Shown: positions 11,221 to 28,430 of the stretch, in pieces
Position numbering within the stretch: the stretch's first letter is position 1
Layout of the letters: each line of letters begins with the position of its first letter
Assembly: GCA_050230475.1 (NCBI GenBank)
Contig: JBFLGF010000176.1
Location: 1 to 64,000, forward strand
Direction of reading: 5' to 3'
DNA from: Ancylonema sp.
Lineage: Eukaryota
DNA length: 64,000 nt
Made by a program: the position numbers and the translations under genes
The notes under the pieces: generated by a model
The model's database searches: none
The model's input: only the letters and a program-made list of their open reading frames with translations
What the model was told of the DNA's origin: nothing

Positions 11221-14022
11221 ATGCAGCCTGTCAAAGTGGGCCGGGATGACCGGCCCACAGCCCCTCATGCACGGACCCCCCCAGTTCTAGAACTCTTTGC
11301 CGCGTCCCTCTGGACTGGCATCCAGCCTGGCATGCGGATGGTTGAGGAGGTACTTCAGCAGAAAGCTAAAGTGGAGGTTGAGCTTGCGCGCCTGCGCGCC
11401 GAGCATGCCCTCTGCCAGGTCAGCCTGGGGACAGTAAGCGTGCGATGTTCTGGAGCTGCGTCATCTGAAGCCGGGATCCTTGTCAAGAGGTTCCGATTTG
11501 TGCACTCTCTTGTTCTATACGACCTGACACAATTAGACCGGTGTAACGATTAGAAATGAATCGCTTGTGGGCATGAAGACCATGCGCTTGACATAAATGA
11601 AACATGTCGTTGGTCTTCACCCATACTGATCGTGTTTCTACTGTCGTTTCCAGGCTGCTGGACTGGTTTTGCAGCTTGTATGCGCAGTTTTTTGTGAGAT
11701 ACCGCTTCGTTAAGCTCCTCCGCTGTGTTAACCACCCTCTCCTCCTCAATGTCGTTTACAGCCGGGAAGCTTCCCATTGGGCGTTCGGTTCCATCCAACG
11801 CCTCACGAAATCGCTCGTTTAATGATGGAGAAGATTGTCCGAGGATCAGACCACCCCAGTAGAAGAATGGAGGGGGACATGGAAATATGTGGGCAGAAAA
11901 GGCCCTGGACCGGAGGCACAATTCGGGAGCAGTCACTTGCAAGACGGGACGAAGCCCACCCTGGGAAATACGGAGAAGATCCAGCACAGGAGAGGATGGG
12001 AGGTGAAGCGGGTTGGAGAGAGGGGGGGTTGGGGGGGTTGGAGTTTGACAGCTGGCAGAGAGGAGGTGGGGCACAGCCGCAGGAGACGGAGGATGATCAG
12101 GAGGTGGTGGGGCACAAGGGGGTGATTGCGGAAGTGGATCTGTTGAGCTACCATCACCCAAAGATCCTCCCGGGTAACCGCCTTGTCATACGTATTGAAA
12201 CAGATGATGAGTGGGAAGATATTTTTGGAGGATGTCATCTTTTTTTCCGCTTCGTTTGCGTTCTTTACCTTATCAAAATTTTGTTCACTTTTGGACGACT
12301 TGCTTTTTCTCATTTGCATTGTAGAAAAGCTCCACATATATAAATATTGTTCTTTCGTTTGGATTCCCATGAAGTAAGTCAATTTTATTATGGGACATAA
12401 ATTCAACATGTCATCATTCCATATATGCAGATTTGGTGAACACGTCTCCCAAGGGCGCCACAAAAGAGGGTTTTTTTTTCACCGCTCCCGAATACCTCCC
12501 GATCCCCAGACTGAAACGTCGCAAACGGGAAGCCATCCCGGAATGTCCGGGAATCCAGAAAAGCGGATACTCTTGGAAGGCGAACGGCGCCCCCCTCAGG
12601 ATCCCCATCTACGATTTAGGTCCCCAGCTCTACATTCTGGAGCGTCAGATGTTCCGACTGAAGCCGCCTGGAGAGCGGGAGGGGCCTGCGAATATAGAGA
12701 GCGCGAAATGGAAGATGTATGAGTACGTGTTGAAAGACATGGAGGGGCGGGAGTGCGATGAGTGGATGTTCTGCCACGTCATCATGGCGGTGGGCGGGGA
12801 AGGGGAGGCGGATTTGGGGTGGAAACGGAAGGGGGAGGAGGAGTATGGGCGTGAGATTGTGGGGGGCGAGATGGTGGTGATGAATGGGAAGAAAGAGAGC
12901 AAAAAAAAGCGAAAAAGGGCAGAAGGGGTGGAGGAGGAAGGGAGTTGGCAGAAATCGGAACCGGGGTGGCAGAAGAGGCTGAGAGAGAAGGGGATGGATG
13001 TGGGAGAAGGGGTGGAGGGAGGGGGCTGTGAGCGTCCAATCACCGAATGGGCAGAATGTAGAACAGGTAGAGAGGGAGGGAGGGAAGGTGGGGACGGTGC
13101 AGTTGGGGGGGGGGCGAGTATGGTTTTGTTGGCAGGCAGTGGGGGGTGGGAGAGAGACAGAAGGGGGAACGCGTTGCTGGTTGCGTTGCCACTCGCTACG
13201 GCTCAAACGGTTGGGGAAGGGCAGCCTCTCTTGGCGCCAGCTGGCGGGAGAGCGTTGATTGGAGTGGCGCTAGCCCTTGGGGTGCCACCTGGTAGCACGC
13301 CAGCCAGCGGGGTCCAAATGTGTGAGGTGCCAACTCAAGGAGTGCCAGGTGGCGCAATACCAGACAGTGGAGAACCCTCTGGGAAGGTGCCAGCTGGCGG
13401 GGGGGCCTCTGGCAGGCCTCCTGGTGAGGGAGGAGTGCCAGATGTGGCGGGGCGGTTGGGGGAGGTGCGTGAGGCTATAGAGGCGGTTGGGGGGGGGGAG
13501 GGGAAGCGGCAGGGAGAGCAGCCAGGGGCGCTGGCGTGGCTGATGAATATGGCGAGGGTGGGGGGGGGGGGCCTGGGGGTGGACCAACTGCCGCAGCGGA
13601 ACGTGAACCTGGTGGCCAACCTCGCCTCGGAACAGAATGAGAACCAGGACATGGATGGGAATCTGAGGGAGCATGGGAAACAGAGAGAGAGTGAGAGTCA
13701 GAGTCAGAGTCAGAGCCAGGACCTGAACCAGAACGAGGACCAGAATGAGAACCGGAACGGGAACCAGCATTTGGACATGAACCAGAAGGAGAATCTGCCC
13801 TTGGATAAGAAGCCAGAAGTGGGTGACCTGCACATTGAGAATGAGTACCCATCAATGAATCACATGAATGGCGAGGACCAGAAGCGGAAGCAGAAGCGGA
13901 GTTTGAACAACCGTCACCCGAAGCAGAGTGGTGAGAAGAAGAGCTCCACCGTACAAGCAGCGAGGGACGCTGCAGAAATTTTGGCCCAGATGCCTAAAGT
14001 CCCCACGAATGAGACGACATAA
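11221..14022 (+). CDS. Divergent NAC (NAM/ATAF/CUC) domain transcription factor; core exons 11762-12173 and 12431-14022, upstream exons uncertain
   Basis: Subdomain A FPLGVRFHPTPHEI; B VIAEVDLLSYHHPKILP; C EGFFFT...SGYSWKANG; D KWKMYEYVL; E DEWMFCHV. Phase-1 intron right after subdomain B, as in land-plant NAC genes. Low-complexity Gly- and Gln/Asn-rich C-terminus. Confidence 0.85.
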
Positions 14023-16025
14023 TGCCAGCTGGCACCCTCTCAGTGGCCAGAGGTCTGACTTGAACAAAGGACGGTGGGGGGTATACACGGTCTCTTGACT
14101 GTAGCTTATGTATTTGGTCCAAAAGAGGCGCGTGATTGGCGTCGAATTTTTAGGAGGCGATGGGAATGGTGTGGACAGTGGAGTGGTAGATGGGCGATCG
14201 TTACGACACAATTCACAATTCACACAATGAAACATGTTTGGACAACAAGACCCCACATGCAAAGACGAGAAAATATCATGTAAGATTTGGAGTAAGAATG
14301 GTAGCATCCTTTTTTTGTAGAGTGAATGGGTCATTGGTTTGAGAACTCAGCCTCTTTTGAGTTCTTCAAAACGTAAAGCAAGTCCAGTGTTAAGTTGTGG
14401 TCAACTTCGTTGTTAGGAGAAAAAATATCGGGTTGAGTTGGGCTACGTACAAATGTAATTTATGCTTTGTTCCAATCCAGCTACCATATGGTAAGGTTGT
14501 GCTGGCGTGACTTTTTCGGTAAGAATTTGATTTTTGAAGTTTTGAACACATACATGGCTTTATTTTATAAGTGTGAAGGCAAGTTGCACATCGATCTCAT
14601 TTTTTTGTGATTGAGGGCAGGACTTGACGACTTGAGTATGACTCGGCGGTAATTGCAAACAAACAAGGTGTTGACAACACTCAAGATGTTGCAAGCAATC
14701 GGTAGCAAACAATATCACAACATCGTCCGCAAAACGGAGGGAAACGGAAAAGTGCATGAAGCAAGGTTGACAACGATTGCCCCATGACACATTACTATTT
14801 TGCAAAATCCTGAGAGTGCGATTTCAAATAGTCAAAGATTACCATGTTTGTTTTTGAAACGTTTTCATTAGGTACGCACGTGCGATTCACAGGACCGCAT
14901 GAACATTAGTAGGCTTCGAAATTCACAGAACGTCGGAAGAAGTTGAGATGCGATGCAAAAAATACAACGCACGAGCGCGACATGTCATACACAGTTTTCG
15001 GATGAGAGACTGATGTGAAATAATTTTGTGTGTGCAAATGTGTCGGAAACGGGCGTAACGATAAGCTATATCATAAATCTGGCGCAGTGAACCCTCGTAA
15101 GTGATACAATAAGATAATCATGAAGAAAATGTGAGCCGATAAACCGCCGGTTTCATACGATCCAAATCTGGCATAACGAAAATCGGGGGAAAAAAAGAAA
15201 GAAATAATAAAAATAATAAAAAAAATTGGTCTCGCAAAGGGGTTTCACTCCTACTATTTCAAACAACATGACCGGTTCTTGACATGCCTAGGTACGTGCT
15301 CGATTGAGTATTCTACATATGTTTGTCCTTCAACCGATTACCTTCTTGCGACTATGGCGAGCCGTCGTCGTGCCCGATATTAGATTAGACATCCATGCTA
15401 CCTCAACTGCGAAGTTTACCGATGTAAAAATATTGCGTTGTCTATGTTGTCTTCGTGTTCCGCATTGATTAGGACTAAGGTTGTGAAATTACCGTAATTG
15501 GGATTTCTACATCGATAAATCACCCCCGTGATAACCGATTAAACTACGCTAATTACCGCAAACCTCGTAATTCGTAATTTGGTCTAGCGTCATTTGCCGT
15601 ACTGGCCAGAGATGATGATCCGAGATTAATTCCGAAATGACTGGTTCGGATCATCATAATGAATTGGAATTTGGCCGCCTAGATCGCGTGAAAGATATTC
15701 ATACCGAAAAAGGGTGGATCATCATCCTCACAGCGGTTCCACGAGACCTTTTAGTTTTTTACGCTCGGAATATGCACGGAAAACGCGCCTACCTCCTGCG
15801 CAAAACACGGACTATAGTTGAAGGTGCGAATGGTCTAACCAACGAATCCCATCCGTCGATGCGTCTATTCTCCACTAAATTAAAAGATGCGGTTTACGTA
15901 CAATACAAAACGACATACAAAAAGGAAAATGCGGGTGGTATGAGAGTTTGCTACATAGGGGATATGTAGATAAACGTGCTACACGAAAAAATAGGACCAT
16001 GGAACCACGGGTAACGGCCTCGGTA

Positions 16026-16195
16026 GCACTCAATCCTCGATATAAGAAACTTCGTTATAAGAAAACCTTCGCTAGAAGAAACTATTTTGCTATTCCTTTG
16101 AGTTTTTGCACTCAATATGTGATTCATATGAGCAACATACGCTATAAGAATCGTTTTTACCGAATTTTATAAGTTTATTGTACGGGGTTTGAGTA
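16026..16195. mobile_element. ~170-bp Tc1/pogo-type MITE (family D, copy 1)
   Basis: Imperfect TIRs ACTCAATCCTCGATATAAGAAAC / GTTTATTGTACGGGGTTTGAGT flanked by TA; homologous to 23413-23584. Confidence 0.7.
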
Positions 16196-16325
16196 TATTC
16201 TAAGTTTTACGGGGTGGATCCTGATTTTTAGTCACTTGAATAAATGTGATTTGCCCGGATCAAATGTTTTGAATCATTAAAACGATTTGGAAATGCATGG
16301 ATCTTTTGGTGGATCATTTAGTTTG

Positions 16326-16553
16326 CTATTTATTTTTAAAAATCTCTGCATCATCATCTCTTGCCAGTACGATACGCTCGGCCAATTCAGACACGAGCTT
16401 TCTGCGTAATCGATATCGAGCCGGGATTTTAAAGCCCACACTTGTAAAAAACCAAGAAACACGTACAGACTTGTGTTTTTTCAACAGTTCAAGAGTAATT
16501 TCTCTAACTTCCAAACATTTTTTTTTTAACGAGCACCAATATTTTCGAATCAC
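16326..16553 (-). pseudogene. Possible degenerate hAT transposase C-terminal dimerization domain fragment
   Basis: KYW...ITLELL...VSWFFTSVGFKIPARYRLRRKL..ELAERIVL loosely follows the hATC pattern W...L...ER.FS..g......R..L; followed by GGATC-type subterminal motifs. Confidence 0.4.
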
Positions 16554-16978
16554 TTATTTGCACACTTACGCAGTGCATGTGATTGACACATGGTTTGCCT
16601 CGCATTCGCTCATAAAATCAATCGATAAAAATGAATCAGTCCGTCATGCTACGTCATTCCGGAGCTCTCACGAGGATTTTCTGAGGAGCCTCCCCATACA
16701 CGTTCCCGGATATAGGCACAAAATTTTACACGGTCACTAGTAAATGTGTCTATGTGCCGTGAAGTCATAGAAGGCACCAATTAGTTGTGCGTCAAAAATT
16801 TGACTATGTACTCATACCTTCATACATTGCTAGTTGATACGACATTCGGAAAAACACGACATATTTATCATCGACAAATTTCACACACTATGGTTATGTG
16901 GGTTAATATTATCGCGACGGGAAACATATTGATATAGACAGTTTTCTTAAACACGGGTTACATTTCATACGTCGAAAT

Positions 16979-18392
16979 CAAAGTTGGTCTGCCTCGGGCG
17001 GAAGTTTCCTTCCGAGGTGCCGATCGGGGCGGAGCCGCATGGGCCGAAAAGAGGGGCGAAATTTGCAGGGTGGGGCCAACGGCATAAATACCCTCATAAA
17101 ATCCGACCAATGCGGAGTTATGGTTGATTTTATTTGAGGTTGCTTCTTGCACTGTCCGGCTACCGACTCATTCAGACGCGAGACGCCACACGCCATACAT
17201 CATCCGTCATCAACCACGAGTCCGACTCCATGGTGTGGCGTCGCTTTATGCGAGAGAATTGATAAAAAAAGTAAAAGAAGTTATAGAGTAGAATCTTACA
17301 CGAATAAAGAAGATAGGCGTACTTCAAGATGTTACCAAAAGTCAAATAGTTGTCGGATTAGATTTCAAAAATGGTTCAAGATTTTCAGCGGTCTTGTGAA
17401 CCTTTCCAAACAAGAACCATAATATATAGGACACCTCCCCGGGCGGAAATTTTATACCCGGAAAGGCGCAAGTGGCGGGTTCGCCCGGGGCGGGATCTGC
17501 GGGAGCGGGGCAACCTTGGTTGTACAATACGCACAATACGCTGAGTTATCATACGCTAAATACGCGTATTGTGCTCCGAACGTATTAATACGTTGAAATA
17601 CGCTTAAAAATACGCTAAATTTTGAACTTGTATTGATTTTCGGTATGAAATTGCGGGTATGGCTGATTTTTCGAAGGCAAACAACAGAGCGAGGTCCACG
17701 TCGTTTGAAAGTGAAATAGCGAAAATGATTTTTTTTCGATACTACATCGCATGGCAAAAATCATCTTCATTCTCGCTAGTAAACCTCATCCAACTGTCCA
17801 AGTTCAAGTCAAGAGTGGGAGAAGTAAAACTATGAGTAGAAGTAAAAGTAGGACTTATTAAATTGCTATTGTGAATCATTGTTTCTTGGATTTAAGTTGC
17901 ATTCGTTATTAGATTCTAGCATTCCACTTTTTTAATTACCATACTCAAGTAAAAACGGAAGCCCGGGTTGATCCGTTTTTGGGACTGGTAAAAACTAAAA
18001 AGAGTAAAGATTGATAAAAAGGTGTGAAAATTCAATCAAATTTAGAGAAGAGAGAAGACGAGAAGAGTGGGTCTATTAATGAATGCCCCATTCTCGCACT
18101 AACAATTTGAGTAAAACAATTGCACATGGTTTGGTGAAACATGCGCCTATCAATGTACTTCAAGGATAAATGTCTCCGTATTTGATGGCCAATTTGATTT
18201 AGATTAGGAACCCGATGTTACCATCCTACTTCCGGATATGTGTGGGGTCTAAAATCGTGAAAAAAACGCATATTCATTGACAATACGTATATTTTCAAAT
18301 CACGAACATTTTCAATACGCGATATACGGCGTATTGTGACCCTAGCGTATTGATAGCGTACTGCGTATTGTGCAACCCAGGGGGCAACTCTC
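16979..18392. mobile_element. hAT-like MITE family B copy, interrupted in its right TIR by a family A element
   Basis: Left end CAAAGTTGGTCTGCCTCGGG. Internal 17164-17244 matches 38643-38718. The right end GGAGCGGGGCAAC|TCTC is reconstituted after removing 17515-18388. Confidence 0.6.
17515..18380. mobile_element. Non-autonomous hAT element family A, copy 2
   Basis: TIRs CTTGGTTGTACAATACGCA / TGCGTATTGTGCAACCCAG; perfect 8-bp TSD GGGGCAAC (17507-17514 and 18381-18388). Confidence 0.92.
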
Positions 18393-18540
18393 GAAATTGG
18401 GGTCGGGCATAACTTTCTCTATTAAGGGAGAAAGGATACACAGATGATCAATTTGGACACGTTTTCTTTAGAACCATTTTGAGTTTATCACGACACCTTG
18501 ATAAACAATATTTTCCCATAAATTTTAGTATCTTCAAAAC

Positions 18541-19691
18541 TAGTGATCGGGAAGCCCTCTCCAAAACTCCGGGGCTCCGGATCCGGGGATCGCGAGCCCG
18601 TCGGGCTCCTAAAACGGGCTCGTATTTACGAGCCCGGACGGGATCGTCGGGCTCAACGGGCTCTTGGAGCCCGGCGAGCTCAAAACGGGCTCGCAGGCTC
18701 GACGGGTTCCCCGGGGGAAAAAATCGGGCTCCGATGTTTTGGGCATCATTCGATTGATGGCGACGAAAACATCAAAAACAAAAACGTGATGCCTCCGACC
18801 GTGGTGCCCACCACGCGGTTCGTGTATCAACAACATATGTTGTATATTTGAAAATTGATTCAAATATGCAACTCCTACAATGAACGCATGATGTTTCATG
18901 TGCGACCTGTCCTTCATGGATGCGTTAGTTTATCAAACCGAATCATGCGTTTCCGCGCACAGACACGAGCACCTCAACAAGAGCATAGATTTTTTTTTAT
19001 TTTTTAAATAAGGTTTTTCACTTCTAGTTAGTTCATCTTTTCTCTTAGAGAAGTCTAACGACATGAAATTCACACCAAGGTACTTTACCTCAAGGAACCG
19101 CAAGATGCATACAACCACGTTCGAGTTTCATACATAACCACAGCAAACCAACAAACCAATAAGATGAACAATACACTAACCGTTGCCTTTCGCAACTCCC
19201 AACGCGTACTTGCAAGTCTATAAATTGAGACAACATTTCTCCCTTATTTATTATCATAAATGTGTGAACCATGACTCGGAACAACTTCAGGCATGAAAAG
19301 TGAGGGGTCCTAAACCTTACGAGGATACATTCTTGAGGGGCCACTACTCCACTATGGTCTATAGTTTAGCCTTCAACGTTTTTTTTTTTTTTTTTTTTTT
19401 TTGTCGATAATGTTTTTGGGGTAATATCACGGACGTTCGGTTACGTTGTGTCGAAACTACAGATAACATTTCAACCAGAAATAATATATAAACGAGTCCG
19501 TCGGAGCCCGTGTGAGCCCGCTCGAGCCCGTCAGAGCCCGACGGAGCCCGTGCGGCAATCCCGTTGGAGCCCGGAGTCCGTTGAGCCCGAAATTCGCGAG
19601 CCCGTCGGCCTTTGAGCCCGCCGGCGAACAACATCAGAATCACGGGCTCGGAGTCCGCGAGCTCGCGAACTCGCGGGCTCGCCGATCACTC
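18541..19691. mobile_element. Non-autonomous hAT element with GAGCCC subterminal repeats
   Basis: TIRs TAGTGATCGGGAAGCCC / GGGCTCGCCGATCACTC; many GAGCCCG/CGGGCTC motifs at both ends; degenerate 8-bp TSD TTCAAAAC / TTCATATC. Confidence 0.88.
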
Positions 19692-19837
19692 TTCATATCA
19701 AGGTTCGACTGTACGGAGAGGCGAGAGCCGTTCCCTAGCGGGGGCACGTGGGCACTTGTGGTCGCGCAATTGCTCCTGACATGCTTTGTGTGACGCGCGA
19801 GCAGTGCCGCCATGATTTCTGTGTCCTTCTTCATTCA

Positions 19838-20829
19838 ATGAGTTCACTGCACAACTACAAGACTTCACTGGAACAAATGATCAGCTGCGATTTCATGCAT
19901 ACAGTACTCGCGACAAACGCCCACTGTAATCAAACGATGGGCCTGCCTCTTTTCCATTCGGTTATCTTACAACCCTTGACTGAATGCGCCTCTTCGTCGT
20001 GCAACAGTGCTCTTCGATGTAGGGAACTAGCGTCGATATCAATTCCGTTCCAATCCAAAAATCCGCTGAGGAAGGTGCACCGACCGCTGGGACAATCAAC
20101 TATCAGAAGGACATCAAATGTCAGAGCAGAGTCGGAGTCGTTGCAGGGAATTGCGGAGGTAGCTGGTATCACGGGAAAGTCAGAAATCACTTGGCAAATC
20201 GTCGTGGGGAGCATAGGTAGCCATCGTCCCCTTCACTGCATACGTGTCATACGAAATCATGTGTTATCTTCTCTGTGTGGCAGAAGCCAGCGGCATTTTT
20301 ATTCTGGAGTTCACGAACGCAGGTTCTAAGACGTTCGCAGTTCAATTGCGGCAAGACTAATTACGCTATGACAGAGTCGCGAGTGTCTTTTTGATGCAGC
20401 TGGAATCACGCCTTTTGTTGTGGCTGGTGTTGAGTTCAGCAAAAGAATAGAAAGCAGTCCTGCGCAAAATCTCGTGACCGGAGGCAGGTCCACTAAAGCT
20501 GTGTAGACCATAATGTTGATCCATATGGATTTGGAGTTGTGAGTGTATGACAAAGTAATGCCTGGTGTCGTGGCTGGAAAAAATACCTGAATTTTGAACT
20601 GTTTTTGGGGCTGGGGCAGATAGAGCAAAGAAAATGTGAAGTCTGCAACGGCTCTGGCCTGGTTATGGTTGGGCGCTACTATCGCAAATGCTCAGGATGT
20701 GGTGAGCACTTCTTGGCAGAGAACTTATTCTGACCCCATATCAACTCTGGCCCATGTTAAATTGTCATCGTGCAATGCGCAGGTGGATTTTTACCATGGC
20801 AATCGTGGCAGAGATTTTTCCAAGGTTGA
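19838..20829 (+). CDS. DnaJ-like zinc-ribbon membrane protein with probable plastid transit peptide; exons ~19838-20216, 20400-20449, 20620-20701, 20783-20829 (start uncertain)
   Basis: Spliced product ...SEITWQIVVGSIAGITPFVVAGVEFSKRIIEQRKCEVCNGSGLVMVGRYYRKCSGCGGFLPWQSWQRFFQG*: TM helix, then CxxCxGxG and CxxCGG motifs; Ser/Arg-rich N-terminus. Confidence 0.82.
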
Positions 20830-22087
20830 GGATTGCGTGAACCTGGTCTCTTTCCCGAGTTCAATCTGATTTGTAATATTGTAAATTAGACAAGGTCCTA
20901 GCTCAAATAACTAATGGCAAGTTTGCCCGGAGGTCAAGGATACCCTCCAGTAGTCTAAAAGCAAAGCATTGTGTGACTTATATTTTTAGAACTACCAGTG
21001 GCCAGAGATACACGGGGGAAATAAAACAATCAATCATCGGGGTGACCCAACTTGACCCAAGCAAACTTAGCTTTATTATCCCGTGACCTGATTTATTTGG
21101 GTAAATAATACATTATACCGTGACTCGGGTAGCACATTGGCCCACCCCAAAACTATGCATAATTATTACCGCACCTATTACGGCAATGTAAATGCTGACA
21201 CCCCCAGGTGAAAGAAGTAGAGGGAGTTGGCTCTAGATTTCGGCCCTCTAGAAGACTCTCAAACCTGACAGAGACTCCTAGTCTTGAAATGTGATGTTAT
21301 ACATCGTCGCTGATTGTCATGAAAAGAGGTCCGTTTGACAAATAAATAGTGACAAATTCCATCCAATGGGGGAAGAAACACTATGAAATTTTCAAAACGA
21401 AAAAATGTTGTTACTCCCTAACATTACAGGTCTTCATGACTTGTACATCATAACAAACATTGCTTGTATGGTCACGTGTAATGCACAAGATAATATTAGT
21501 AGAAGTTCAACATCTTTTGTGCACGGTCCCCCCCCCCCAACTCCAAATTATATTGCTAAATTGCCGAAAACCGATACGAATAAGGTAACCAATGACGATC
21601 GACTTGGCCGCTCCAGGACCACGATTGAATCTTGGGTGACAAGGGACCGGCAACATGTGTATATTGAGAAAAATACGAATAGAATCCATTTTTATGATGC
21701 TGACGCTCTCTATGATGCCGGGTTTCGGAATTTACATGTGAATTTATTTACCCACCCCCAAAATAAAAAAAAAACCGACCCAATCCGCCCTTTTTATAAT
21801 TATTTATGGGTCATCATTTAGGGCGAGAACGGTAAGCAATACAAAGATATTTTTCCGCAAACATGTAGCAATACATGTCGGCTGTCACATGTGTATGATC
21901 TATTGCGCCACTTCTGTAGACGAGATAGAGCATAGAGCAATTATGGGGTAAGACAATCCACAAAAATGGAGAATGTCCAAAAATGGTTGAGGCACTAAAT
22001 AATTTCCAAGGGCACGTGTGGTGCCCCTTGTACGAATGTACATCTTCACATTCGTATGTATTTTCATCAATAAATATAGTTTCTTGG

Positions 22088-26292
<4,205 letters not shown>

Positions 26293-26830
26293 GGCGGGAC
26301 AACTTGACAGCAGCGACAGAGGCACTGAGAATAAAGGTGTAACAAGACAGCCTTCGTTCAGAGACGAATCTAGGGAAGTTAGGGATCTGAAGGGGGTAGA
26401 GTTCATGAGTAGGAGAGTGAGGAAGGGCAGCAAGTAGTAACTGGCGGTTACTAACCGCAGCCCTAACGGCCGGAAATCACTCACCACGTAGGCAGACGCG
26501 CCCACGTGCCTTGTCAACGTGGCAAAAAGATTCACTGGCACAATAGCTCACCGAGGAGGCGAAATCAAGAATGTAAACGCCGGTATCAGGGCACTGTCAT
26601 TGTCACGGGGCGCTGTCAACGATTCTGTGCGCCGCGACATGGACCAGTGGACGGACATTTTGAAAGACGACCGCAAAAACTCCCAGTACTCAGCAGTTTC
26701 CTTTCGCTCGTTGGCTCGTTTGAATCACCTATACCTGCGATTTACTGCTGCATCTCCCTTCTCTCTGTGCGTCCCCGCGGTCTTCTGGCCAGCGTCTAGA
26801 GCGTGTAGGTTTTCTCTGGTCATCTGCAGG

Positions 26831-28430
26831 ATGGCAGCAACGCAGAGTTTGATATACAGTTTTGTCGCTAGGGGCAAAACGGTGCTGGCAGAGTACTCTG
26901 TGTTCGCTGGGAACTTCAGCCAGGTCGCTGTGCAGTGCTTAGACAGACTACAACCAGAGAATAAGAAGGCTTCTTACAGCCGGGATGGCTTTTCGTTCAA
27001 CTTCTTAACGGACAACAACTTCAGTACGTATTACATACATCTAAGAAGCGGAACCTCAAAATTGCAGCATATCGACATTCGCAATGATTCTGACATGGAT
27101 TTCCAAGGATGTCATAAAATAGTCATATGTAACGTAAGATAGTTTTACAGGGCTCCTAAGGTGCAACTGTTTTCTTAGAGGTCAGTGTTGTTTTCATCGG
27201 TGCAGAAGCCGCATGACTTGAGCTTTTCGTCAGGATCTAGCCGAAAAACCCCACTGTCAAAGCTGAACGAAATCAAATACCGAAATGATATAAGCGACGA
27301 TGGGTGTATCTGAATGCTAGTCGCCGACCTAGATCTCAAGGGTTTTGCAGCATACTGCGTGGTCACTGAGGAGGGCTTTTCACGGGCGGTGTCATTTGCA
27401 TTCCTCAATCGGATACGGGATGATTTTATGGCGAAATTCACCGGAGGCAAAGCAGAGTCGGCCTATGAGCACAGTATGGACCGCCAGTACGGGTGAGCAG
27501 CCATGACACGGATATGATGTAATTATCAGCCAGACAACTGACGCAAGATGTTATGAGACCTGGCCCTTTTGATCTATATGCGAAGTCTTGTCCTCTTAAT
27601 GTGTTGTATTGTATTATATGCAGACCAATTTTGAAGAAAGAGATGGAGTTCTGTGAGCACAGCCCAGGGGAGGTCGAGAAGGTTGCTGGCCTCCGACAGC
27701 AAGTGGCAGAAGTGAAAAACGTCATGCTGAGTAATATCGATGCGGTGAGAATCTGCACTGTCTCATTTTCTGTCAAGGAATCTACATGTGCAAGTTGGTG
27801 TTGTTTGGCACCTAAATAAAAAAATGCAGCAATCTTCGAGGTCTGTTTTCTGATCATATTCGCGTTAATGAGTCAACCTTGGTGTCCAACCTTGGTGTCC
27901 AGCATAGACTGGTGTCTTCATCTGTGCTGGGTCGTCAACTGAGCTGGCTGCAGGTTATGAGTCGGGGAGTGAAGATGGAGACCCTTGAGGACCAGGCCGG
28001 TATATTAAGGGATGAGGTGAGTTGCGACCAATATTTATCTCTGGTACTTTCTACGCGCGCAGGTGTGGGGAAGGAGGTGCAGAAAGAATATCTTCATCTG
28101 TCACGGTTGAGAGCTTTTGTTTCGTTTCTCACAGTGCAGTCACTCATTTATGTCAACTTAACAGTATCCAAAACGTTTGCACCTCTGTAGGCACAACGCT
28201 TCCAAGATAACGGGAGGAGAATCCGGAGCAAGATGTGGTATGAGAACATGAGGACGAAAGCCCTTGTCATTGGCATCATAATTGTTGTTGGCTTGATCAT
28301 CTGGTTGTCCGTTTGCCACGGTTTCACGTGCTCCTCTGGATCATCCCCAGCTGCTGCTGCTACAAGTAATGTGACTCCATCTCCACCATTTGTGGAAGCT
28401 GCTCCTCCTCTCCCGGCTACTGGAGCTTGA
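26831..28430 (+). CDS. VAMP72: Longin R-SNARE VAMP72-like; exons 26831-27023, 27351-27492, 27624-27744, 27954-28016, 28191-28430
   Basis: SLIYSFVARGKTVLAEY...GNF longin start; SNARE coil VKNVMLSNIDAVMSRGVKMETL; KMWYENMRTK; TM ending SVCHGFTC. Confidence 0.95.

Noticed and set aside
12616..13855. Pro-rich minus-strand ORFs
   Set aside because: Antisense shadows of the G-rich NAC exon.
20636..20869. ORF resembling a secreted protein (MKSATALAWLWLG...)
   Set aside because: GTG start and wrong frame; the region is explained by exons of the zinc-ribbon gene.
26519..26830. In-frame N-terminal extension of VAMP72 (ATG at 26639)
   Set aside because: Lies in the short divergent promoter/5' UTR; longin homology starts at ATG 26831.
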